Assembly: GCF_036321535.1 (NCBI RefSeq)
Contig: NC_087437.1
Location: forward strand, 93,188,001 to 93,252,000
Length of the DNA stretch: 64,000 nucleotides
Reading direction: 5' to 3'
Origin: Camelus dromedarius
Lineage: Eukaryota
Under the pieces are notes generated by a model. It ran no database searches. It saw only the letters and a list, made by a program, of their open reading frames with translations, and was not told the DNA's origin. This document shows positions 53,193 through 64,000 of this stretch, one piece after another. The position numbers were made by a program, and so were the translations under genes. How positions within the stretch are numbered: position 1 is the stretch's first letter; each line of letters opens with the position of its first letter.

Positions 53193-55669
53193 ATAGAACT
53201 CATATTTTGTTGATCAGTAAATACATTTGTATAAATAGAAGTAGATCTTTGGTTTTTAATGTTTGTCGTTTCGATTTTTGAAAATCCTGCTTATCCTTAC
53301 CCTTGTAATAGACTGCTCTTTTCCAAAACTTCTTCAGTCTCTCAAATTAATCTAACCCTTCTTATTTATGCTTTCACAGCATTAGCATTGTCTTCCTGTA
53401 CTGCACTTATAATAAGATTATGGTCTAATAGGGATAATGTTTGTGAGGAATTTCTGTATGTGTTTTGCTTACTGGAAAAAAAATCATTTCCTCTTCCTAA
53501 AATCTATCCATAATTATCATAGGATAAAGTAAGTAAGTAGTTTAGGCTAAAGTCTGTGGTTTTATGCCCCCTGGAAGAAACATAAGAAAAATATGATATG
53601 CATCTGCTGACAGAAAATAGTATAAGAGAGCTCTTCTTTTCCTCTAAAGAAGTATGGAATTTATGGGGTTAGATGGGAGAGAGGTAGGTGTTTTGTGGAG
53701 GGGAAAAAGGGCAAGGAGTGCTTTTTTTGTTCTACTTCCTATTTGGAATTTAAAATGAAAATTCAACATGGGATAGCTACCTGATGGTTGGGATGAATGT
53801 GTGTTCTGTTTGAGCAAGCAGAGAGCGACAGAACTGGAGCTGGTGGCAGTTTTCGTGTGTGTGCAGAAGAGGTGAGCAGAAACATCCCTCCATGGTTCTG
53901 GGTGGATGCAGGTGACCAGCACTGCTGGCTGATGAGCTTCAGGGAAGAGGGAGCCAGGAAGATTGATCTGGCGGGGCTGAGTACATACGTGGCCAAGGCT
54001 AGAAGGAGAACATACGGAGAGTCCCAATGGCAACAAGGTGTCGATGAGACAGTAAAGGGGAGCAGAGCTTGCTGAAGCTTCACAGGGCACAGAGCAATCA
54101 GGATTCAGAGAGTGTCCAAGTCCTGAAGTCCAGCAAGCTCCACCCCTCCATAAATGCTTTCGTTTCTTAAGGTACAGAAGTGGGAGATGCAGAGACAGTA
54201 GTGATGGAGGTTAAACTTTGAATTAGCTGAATAATTAATAAGTTAAAGTGAGACTATCAGACAAGATTGAAGAACCAGTCTCATCACTGTTAGGCACCAG
54301 GGTAGAGACTTGAAACAAGATCAGGTATGAAAGACACATGTCCTCCGTTTTCTTGGCATACATGAACAGTAAAGTATAGATTCCAATGACTTGTTTATAC
54401 ACTGCACTCCCCAAGGGACTGTGGGCTCCTTCAGAGGAGACACAACTTCTCCTCATCTTTTTACTCCTTGGGTTGGCATCTCTAGTGCTCAATTAATGCT
54501 TGCTATTTTAAGGGAGGGGCGGGGCTTTGCTTTATTTTTCTGTATTCCTTATAGTGCCAAGAACTGAGTTTGGAAAACAGAGGTCATTTAGAAAATACTC
54601 CTTATCATTCATATAATTTCACGTGAAATGATTTTACACAGTTCGTATAAAATCATGTAATTTCATAGTCAGCTAGTTTCCTCTGTTGTGTGGATATGGA
54701 TCTACTGTTTATGAATGAAGACCACTGAAAGCATTCTGATCATTTTTGAGACTAAATTTATCTGTCCTCTTGCATTTCTATGTATTACTGAGTGTTTGTG
54801 TTACTGCTTTCCATTTCACCTAAAATTATCTTTTGGTTTTAATTTCAGTAGATGGCTTTGGTGGTGCTAATTAATTTGCCCTGGCTTATATACTTAAAAA
54901 TCTCTAATACTTCTGAGCAAGAAAATGGGCCTAATAAGAAGTATTTATTGCTAATTCACTTAATATTTAATATTTCTTTACCAGATTTTAAAATATGAAT
55001 GACACCATTTACTGGAACAGAAAATTTCGCAAGGTTTTTACATTAATTCTTCCTCTAATTCTTGCCAATTTGCTGCAACAATGTAATTGCATTGCCTACA
55101 TTATGGTTAACAGGAAAGATTAGGTATGTAGCATTTTATTGTCTTTGACAGCTTGATGAATTGTGACTTGAAGTGAGCAAGTGCCTTTGTTCTAATTGTC
55201 TCTTTTTCATTAAAGCTGAGAACTATACTTGGGCATTGGGGGAATACTCTTCTTGTGCTTTTAAGTTAGAGCTGTTCACACTGATGAATGTTCTCCACCT
55301 AAATATTGTGCAGGCAGCTCTTTGTTTATATTCCACCCTTTTTATCATTTCAAGGCTAAAACTGATGAAGATCAATCAATACAACAGACTGAAAAAAAAT
55401 TGTCAGGGAAAGTGATTTCAATAAATAGAATGCATTTTTCTGCTTCCCAAAGTAGCAGAATAAGATAAAAGAATCCTTGGTTTTATGCCATTTTCCCATG
55501 GATACACATAGGTCTTTTTGTATGTCTGTTTAGGGTGAATCTGAGCTTCATTAACTCAGTTATCCAGCATGGTGAAACCAGGGTAACTTCATTAGTTTGC
55601 TCCCTTAGAGTGCACATTTGCATTTCTCTTTTTCAGAGCTTTAAGTTAATTCTAACTAGTTGTTTCATT

Positions 55670-56260
55670 GCATCGTTTATCCACTCATTCATTCACAGTT
55701 AATTAATTTCACTTATTTGGCACACTCTTCTGGAGGGTCAGCCGTGAGCCAGGCTCTATATGTGGGCAGTGGGGACAAAGGATGGATGCCATTTATCCAA
55801 TATCTAAAGAGGTTACATTCTACACTTACGAAGGATTAGAAGAGAGACTCTGACTCCAGCAGTGAAAATTCCATCTCTTTGCTTCAAATAATATCATATT
55901 AACTCATAATTAATGTCTTTTGTGGGATGGAAGTGCAGTGTCATTCGAAGAATAGTTAAAAGGAGAGTGTTGAAAATTTCCCCTATACTGCACTATTCCA
56001 GAGGGTGCCTTTCACATGGTGACAGTACACAAGGTCCCACTGGGGTGGAATGAGGAAGAAGAAGTATGTTTGGGGCATGTTATCCTTTTTGTTAGGTGAA
56101 GGAGTTTGGTACTGACTTTATTCTGAAGTTGGGAAGAACCACTTAAGTTTTAAAGAGGTGAATGGTGGGATTATTTCTGAGTTTTGAAAAGCTCAATGGC
56201 AGCACTGAGAGTGGATTGAAGGCAGAGAAGAGCTGTAAGATTCGATTTGAGATTAAATGT
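55670..56260 (-). mobile_element. L2 3' fragments
   Basis: ccactcattcattca...gagccaggctcta...ggggacaaag...aaggagtttggtactgac. Confidence 0.6.
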
Positions 56261-57018
56261 TTTTAAATATATTTGTAGTGAAAAATGGCAAATGTGTCAG
56301 CTGATTTAATTCCAGGTAATAGTGAAGGGGTAGAGGCAGGAGAGGTGGTTGGCACCTCTCCTTCACTCTCTGCTTGACTTTGTGTGCCCATCTGCTACGT
56401 ATGTTTTCCCCAGAAACTCTGGAGACTCCATCCAAATGCCGGTTGACTTGTGCTTGTGTGGGTAGCCTAGGAAAAAAGCATCAGTGTCTAGGACTTGGTA
56501 GCTTTGCAAAATATGTGTGAGACTCAGTAAACTGAGGACATCAATCAGGATTAATTAGATGATTCAATGACAACAGGTTTCAAACAGTTTCTCAGGTCAA
56601 CACTCATATGAAAGAGAATGCAGCTGTTGGGTGAGTGGACTGCTGCATCCCTGGAAGGAGGAACTACTTTGTGGCAGAGTCTCTGAAAAGATTTGCTATG
56701 AATGAGGTGTTCAGTGTCTGGCAGAAGAATGCAGTGTCCTGAGCCAGGAGAGGTCATGTTGATACTTGGCTCCCTTCTCTGACTCATATTCAATTTTCTA
56801 CTGAAAGTGGGTAGTTTTTAGGTCCCTATTCCTTAATCAATAAATTAACCAGCCAATCAATCAATTTTTAAAATTTTAAATTTTTTAATTAATTTTTTTA
56901 CTGACTTTGTTTCTTAGGTGCAATGTTCCTGGCCCCATGTTACAGTGCTTCCCTGAATAATAGATGTTTACTTGAATAGATCAGAGCTGGAGCTTCAAGC
57001 CAAGTCTCCAGCTTCAGG

Positions 57019-57520
57019 TGTAGATCTTAGGTCGGTGACTATAAGGTCCAGGCAGGACACCTGGTAACCAAGACCTTAACATTTCCCTCAGCTTGACTAA
57101 ACTTGAGACAGGTTTCTTATAGTCTCTAAGCCTCTGATCTCCCTTTTCTTAGAACATTTCCTTTGGAAAGCTAGTAATTATAAATTCTTTCCCTGCCTCT
57201 TTGAGGTGTTATTTCTTCTAAAAGCTTCCTGCAAGTTTTACAACCCAGCATATAGTCTTTCTGAAGGACCTGAGAGCCACCTCTTTGAAATTAAATCACA
57301 AAGGAAGATACTGTCTCTGTCTCCCAGTCTCTGTAGGAGAGTAAGAACTTAATTTAGGCTGGATACCTGGCTCTAAGTTGTAAAACTACCTTCTGTTACG
57401 AAGCAAAAGGAAGGTTGATTTTTCATCTGGGTGAGTACAGTTAACAAACACAAATTCCCCATTCCACCTACCTCAATGCCTTCAAGTTCTCTCTAAAAAA
57501 CTTTATTTTACTTTTGGGGT
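57019..57520 (+). mobile_element. ERV1 LTR, MER39-like
   Basis: cagcttgactaaacttgagacaggtttctt...cctctgatctcccttttcttagaacattt...aggacctgagagccacctctttgaaa. Confidence 0.75.
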
Positions 57521-59831
57521 GGTTGGTCAATGCCTTTTTGGAACAACAGCAGGCAGCCACAAAGGGACAAACACCACTCTGTCCTGGGCTGCTATTGAAA
57601 GCAGCAGAGCTCAGCTATATGCCCTCCTAGAGGGAGGAAAGTGGGAGAGCTGGCAACTGAGGGTCCTGTGGACCCAGGATTAGACCCTTGGTGTCCCAAG
57701 TTCTAAAGACAGTATGTGCTTTGTAGTGTCTCAAACGTATGCCGTGGTTAGGAAGATGAGAGCAAAATTCATGATCTGAAATCTCAGAATGATGGATTTC
57801 TTGGGAAAGAAAGAAAGCAGAGTAACAAGGGTGTTAGTAACCAGTGGGAAGCAGGCAGGGCTGGGGAGAACGGGGTGGAGTAGGCTGGGTAGTAGGAAGA
57901 GTCCCCTTCCAGGTAAGTGGGCTGAAACCCAGAAGACTGATACAGTTAGGGAGAGGAGCTGTGCTTGGGGCCAGTGGCTGTCTTTGAGGATGAGGGGGCC
58001 TCAAAGAGATGTAAGAATATTATAAAAATTAGCAGCACTTTGAGGGAAGAAATGTAGGCACTTCTGGAGAGTAAAAGTACTTGGAATAAACCAAGAGAGG
58101 GGCTACTTAGAAATGCAGCCAGGTTGATTGATATAAATACCTGGAATTTATCTGGCTATTTGTACAGTGAACAATATAAACAACCCAGTGTATTGAAGTG
58201 ACACCTGGATTATTGGATTTAAGAGAATTATGAGGAAATCTCATTTTATCTAGCTGTTAATTTTTTTTTTTTTTTTTTTTGGTGGAGAGGGCCCTGGTGG
58301 TGAAGAAGGGGCTTTTGGATTGGGCTGCTTTTTTGTGTTATCCTACCTTTATATAAGATGGAGGCTGTGAGTACATGAGGACCTGAACCTACTGATCTGG
58401 TGAATACATTGAGTCTCCTGTTGGTAGTTTCTCCAGTAGTTGAATGTATGGCTCAGCACTGCTTAAAGTTTGTCAAGGTTGTGGCATTGAAATAATGTCA
58501 CCTCTCATAAGAAGGAAAAAAATTTACTCTCTTCATCCAACCATCACTGGAGGCAAGGGTGCAATAAAAACAACCTCCCATTCCTGCCAGTGAAGAGTCA
58601 TTAAAAGTCACTGGTATTTGGAGACTTACTGTGGACTGTCGAGGGTTATAAAGAAGGAAACGTTGTTCTGGTGATACAGCATTTCATTACAGTGACTGAA
58701 CAAATAGCTGTCACCAGCTATTTGTATATGTATTTATATGTAACCTTGGGTATTGCTAATGCCCTGTTTTCCATACTCCTTAACTAAAAAGTCCCCCAAA
58801 TCCGTTTGTCTTTACTTGACAAGCAGGACAGTCTGTTTTCACTCTCCCAAGCTTTCCTGGGACATGTCATCAGGAACTAGACTTACTCAGGTGCAATGTA
58901 GACTGCCAGAGGAGGTCTAAGCATTCTAGGGGAGTGATGATATTTTAACAGTGGTCTGCACCGTGAAGTATCTCCTCATTATGTCACATGGCATCCAAGC
59001 ACAACTGACTAAATGTGAATGGAACCTTAAATGAGGGTAGCCCCCAATGTTCTGCCACACAACCATTGCTGGGTGCTGGCTGGGCTGCAGTCCTGAGAGA
59101 CATTCCATGGCCTTTTAAGCATAATTTGCTGGCCTTTCTGTCTCCCATTGTAAAGAATGAAACTCCTCAATTGTTTGACCTCTTCAGGCATTAAAGGGAA
59201 TGCATTCTATATTTGGTAATTTTTCTAAAATCTCTACCACAAGGCACATGATTAGTGGCCCAACTTGACTGGCAGACTGTAATCTTGAAAAGTGTTTAGA
59301 CAGCAGTGTGACAAGCCCTATATCTGGGATGTCAATTACTTAGATCCTAAATTCCAGGTTCCTGGGATCAATCTTACAGCTGTAATGAGCCTTAGCAAAG
59401 ATAGCCAAAATCAAAACAAAACATAGGAAACAAACAGAAAAGCCTCCACTGGTATTTAGTGACTTTGGTCTTTTGTTCTTGGGAACTTTATTCTGAGGTC
59501 TAGCAATAGCTGCTAGCCTGTAATGGGGCCCTACTGAAGGCAAGTCATTCTCCCTGAGAGAACAGTTGTGACTTTTCCTGTACAGCATCTTCACTGAATC
59601 ATAAATCCCATAAGAGAAGATGAGCTTAAAAATAATCTGTTGCAAAATTGACATGATACAACCATCAAGAACTAGCTCTTGGTATCTGAGTCTTAGTTAC
59701 TGTTGTGAATAGGCAACCCTCAGTAATTTCCCACAAGATAGCCCACCTATGGCTTTACCCAAACTGTTAGCTCAGTAGGGGTCTTATCAACAAGATTTTC
59801 AACCTTAAAAAAGGACACGAATCACTGATAA

Positions 59832-59861
59832 AACAAACAAACAAACAAACAAACAAACAAC
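59832..59861. repeat. (AAAC)n microsatellite
   Basis: Directly visible. Confidence 0.9.
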
Positions 59862-60045
59862 CCTTCTCCAAAACGGGTAAATCCTATGGAATGCCTTAGC
59901 CATTTGCCAAACACAATGAGAGTAAGTTGTTGATAACCCACAGCATTAATAGTTTGATGGTATGTACTAAATTTTAGTTCTCCTGATCATGGAGCAGCAT
60001 CTCTGAAACTGACTAAAACAAACGTCTGCATTAATGCCCGGTACA

Positions 60046-60853
60046 TGACAGATCCCTTGTTGATCCCAACTGAATTCAGGCTCCCCTGCACTTTTCAATC
60101 AGACCTCCATTTTTTCGCATTCATCTCTGCATTGTCCAAGTTTAGCAGAATTGTGCTAATTTGGTTTAACTCACCAACTGTAAAACTTGAAATACTCCAG
60201 ATCTGAGTGAATATCTTTGTTGCTACCTATATTCCCAACCTGTTAGTCCCACTGGTTTTGTTTTAACATATTTTTCAACTTCTGTTATAGACTCACAAGT
60301 TTAACTGTTGTGTTATAAAGTATCACACGTCAACACTGTGGTGATGACCTTTATTAATACCAAAGCTAAACATGTAGCTAATTTATTGTCTTAATTTAAT
60401 CTTTGTACACCTTTCATTTTTAAGTGCTTAAATGGGTACTATATTGCAAAGAAAATGCAGTTACATAATTGATCAGCCATTAAAAATTTACTTCTATAAG
60501 TTAACACTTTTTTTTCCTTATCCTATCACCCTAAGTAACTAATCAGGTTTCTTATTCTCTACCACCCCCCAGGTAATGTCTGATCACCCGGGCCTGCTTT
60601 CAGCTAGAATTCTTTTAGTTTGTGCAGCCAGAACAACATTTTCTCTTAGCAGTTTTCTATCCACTGACCTGCACCCTACTCCTTGGCTGTTAATTCCCAC
60701 TTGCTGATGCTGAATTTGGAGTTGAGTCCAATTTCTTTCCCCACTGCAGGACCTCATTGTGAGTAGTGGTTCCTACACACATTGTGATAACTCCTGTTGA
60801 ATAAAGTATTCCTCCTGTACTTTGACAAGAGGCATAGAACCACCATAATTGAC
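60046..60853 (+). mobile_element. MER31-like ERV1 LTR interrupted by ~350 bp of AT-rich sequence (~60170-60520)
   Basis: Start tgacag...tcaggctcc; 3' part ccaggtaatgtctgatcaccc...ttggagttgagtccaat...gaataaag...ttgaca. Confidence 0.7.
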
Positions 60854-61089
60854 AGGAATGCCCCGTGGGGAAAGCTTTGACACTCCTAGAATCCTCTATT
60901 TGTCCTCTTCTAGCCTCTCCACTAACTACGTCTACAAAGCTGGTTGGGCTGGCTGCCTGCTACTCTTTAAAAGTAATACATATACTTTTATATCTCCTTT
61001 GCCTTGGCTGAGTAATGGTGCACCCTGGAGTCACAGAGTAGTAAGAGTTTGAGGAGGAACATTTTAGCCATCTTCAATATTTTAAAAAT

Positions 61090-61910
61090 TTGTGTTTGCA
61101 TTGGCAGTGGTGTATGGATGGACAGTTTATGGCCTTGGTGAGTGGAGGAATAGTGCATATTGCCCGGAGTAAGGACACCTGGAGTGATAAGCATTTAGAT
61201 TGTGGCTTTGACTCTTACAGTTGTACAACTACCTCCTTCTGTGCCCAGAAGTTGTTTTTGATAACAAAAGGGTGATTCCTGAATCTCTGAAGAACTTATT
61301 TTTTTTATTAAAAGTGGAAATACAGCCTAATATAAATAGAGGGATGACAGATCTCAACTCATCAGGCATGAATACCTCTGACCCCAGAAAGTTTGGTGTG
61401 TGTAGATTTCCTACTTTAGCTATGCATGAAAAGGCCAGAACGGTCTTTTACAATTGTTTCAAGTGGTGGCTTGCTCTCTTTCCCAGCTGCAGGAGACCTG
61501 CTAGGCAATTATGCAAGAATCACTGTGACCCAGAATCCATGTGAGCTAATGGAAAGACTCATACTTAATGAGCCACCAAAGGCCAGGGGTGGGCAGAGGA
61601 GAGACAAATTTGGATGATTCTGAGGCTCATTTTCTCCCTTTCCCCAACTCCCACTCTCTTTTGGTAGCTTAGCATGCTGCTCGCACAGCAGTTTTGAATT
61701 AGCTCAATAGTAAAACAGCCTGGTACCAGAAGCTAAGCTTAAAGGCTCTCCAGCAGTGCTCTACCCAAGCATGCCTCCCTACTCGATCCAGGAGGATGGA
61801 GGGGCCATGAACTCTGCTGCATCTCTGCTTGTGAGTTTTCCTGATAAACCTTCTTTTATTTTACATGTACACCTTATAGTGCCGTGGTGTTGTATGTGAG
61901 TCCATGGATG
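61090..61910 (+). mobile_element. Probable very old LTR, family unassigned
   Basis: LTR-like layout with a TATA-like cttaaagg, gataaacc polyA-like site and GT-rich U5-like tail; weak. Confidence 0.3.
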
Positions 61911-63499
61911 GCAAATGCAGAAAGAACATAAGCATCATTTTTACTCATAGACCTTTGTTTACACCCTGATGGTGGGGAGAAGGAAGCTCTATGTAGGATC
62001 CAAGAAGAAACATAAGATTTGTCAACATTGTTTCAAGTAAATGTGGATAATTTAAAACCTATGAATATGTAATGCTGAAAACTGAAAAGGTTCCAAATGT
62101 AAGATGTAAATACATAGTAATAGACCTTGCTGCAGAAGACAGAGGGAAATATTACAAGGCCTTTAGTGCATGTAGATAATTCTCCCTCTATTACCCTTAG
62201 ATTGTAACTGTAAAATCCAGGTACAAAGTACAATAAATCACAGTGCACAAAGTTTCCTCTTGGTGAACAATGTTTCAGAAAAAAGTAACCTTACATACTG
62301 GAAGGGAATGCACCAGTTTTCTTTCCAGTGGGATTTCCAAAAAGATGGCCTACTTACTACAGTTTATCCAAGCTCACACCTGTAACCACAGATCTCATTT
62401 CACACGGTTACTGTGAGACCAGTGATGAAATTGGTCTTCCCATATGGCAGTGAATGGAACATTTGTGACTTCAGTACAATTCTGTGAGTTACAAAGTAGT
62501 TTGATGTTTTACTTTGGGAGATGAGGAATCATGGCTAACAAAGAAGGGCTGCATGGATCCTGGGCTTTCGCATATCTTGGTATTTGGGAACATCAAACAC
62601 AAGGCGGCATCTGTAGAGGAATTCTGCATCAATAGCTCAGGCAGGGGGAGTTAGTGGAATTGAAAGATGGAATATGAAATGATCCAGAAAAAAAAAAGGG
62701 AGTATCTTGGAAGTTACTAGCAGCTGAACTCATAGGTAAAGAATTCAAAGTCTTAGAGAGACAGTTATGATAACCATAGCCACTGTCCACTTTAGACACT
62801 TTGAAAGAACTGAAATGATAATACTTCTCACTATTGGACTTATTAAAAATACATTGGGAGAAAAATGATTACTTCTAATATGGAAAATCAGAAATAGTTA
62901 CAGATAGATAATGTGATTCATGAATCTTCAGGAAGAAACAGAATAAAGAAGAAAGCTAGTGTTTTATCTTGGTAAAAAAAAGCACTTCTTCAATCTTATG
63001 AAAATTACTAAAATTTTAGTGGCATGACTTCAGAAATGGTTAATGGCAGGGCTCAGAGGACCAATGACCATTGTCCTTTAGCAGGGACAGAAACCAACCT
63101 GAGGCAAAGTAAAGGCTTAAATATGATAATGAACTTGGCTTGTCAATTGTTAATTATTGAGCCAACCCATCCCATCAGAAAATCATGAAATTCCTTCTAC
63201 TTGATGAGGTACTTAATAAAATCCTTGTTCAATTTTCATGAATGCTATACTGGTTCATGTCTGTAAATTATAGTTATAACCATGAGTGGATAGCCAGAGT
63301 CCCCGCAAATGAAGCATTTACATTTTTTCATATAATTTGGAAATATTTTTAAATTATAAGGAAGCAGTCCCAGTAAAATAAAAAGAATGTTATACAAAAT
63401 TGGAACTTATTTAGAAATTATTAGAGACCATCAAGTGATTATTTGGGTAAAAGCATTCTATTTTTAGAAACTATTTCTGAGGGACTTTTATTTTGAAGG

Positions 63500-64000
63500 A
63501 TGATTGAACTTTTAAATTTACATACAATAAAATTCACGTTTTCATATACAGTTCTATGAGTAAGGATAAATGTTTTGAGTTGTGTATCACCAACACAATC
63601 AGTATACAGAACAGATCCATCACCCCAAAGAAGTCCCTCATGCTGACCCTTTTAAAACACACCTTTCTTCCAACCCAAATAACTACAGATCTGTTCTCTA
63701 ATCCTGTAAAAAAAAATACATATATATATATATAAAATAAAAATTGCCATTTAACCATTTAAGTGTACAATTCAGTGGCATTAATTATATGTACAATATT
63801 GTACATTTCCAAAATTTTTTTCAAAAATTTTTCATCACCCCAAAAAGAAACTCTGTAACTATTAAGCAGTAACTCCTTATTTTCCCCTCTCCCCAGCTCT
63901 AGGTAACTCCCATTTTCTTTCTGTCTCTAGAAATTTGCTTATTCTAGATAGTTTGTATAAGGGGAATTATACAATATCTATCCTTCCGTGTATGGCCTAT
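63500..64000 (-). mobile_element. Two L1M (L1MB/ME-like) 3' UTR fragments
   Basis: aatttacatacaataaaattcac...atcaccccaaag; second copy taagtgtacaattcagtggcatt...tcatcaccccaaaaagaaactc...ttgcttattctaga. Confidence 0.88.

Noticed and set aside
53644..54090. Three overlapping ORFs of 92-148 aa
   Set aside because: Non-ATG starts, no recognisable homology or splice framework; likely chance in a GC-richer patch
1..64000. Prokaryotic features (CRISPR arrays, operons, rRNA/tRNA genes)
   Set aside because: The sequence is clearly mammalian; no repeat-spacer arrays or structural RNA genes seen

Overview
Eutherian mammalian non-coding DNA (intergenic or intronic), AT-rich. I cannot support any intact protein-coding gene, and the supplied ORFs are chance ORFs or decayed retroviral fragments. 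The window is dominated by old repeats (MIR, L2, MLT1, MER58, MER21, MER31/34/39-like, LTR16-like, L1M), and I recognise no young lineage-specific SINE. The main structures are two same-orientation proviruses of one class III-like family (5-bp TSDs, tRNA-Arg PBS) at 12581-15439 and 45524-51717. Both carry the same protease-to-RT-connection deletion, which suggests a non-autonomous lineage. The longer copy keeps decayed RNase H, integrase and a gamma-type env. The two copies share an unusually similar ~360-bp gag tract, probably from gene conversion. The 3' LTR of the longer copy contains a nested LTR, and together they form the only CpG island in the window, with promoter-like motifs and a splice donor; this is a candidate exapted LTR promoter. 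Repeat family names are from recall and need RepeatMasker/Dfam confirmation.
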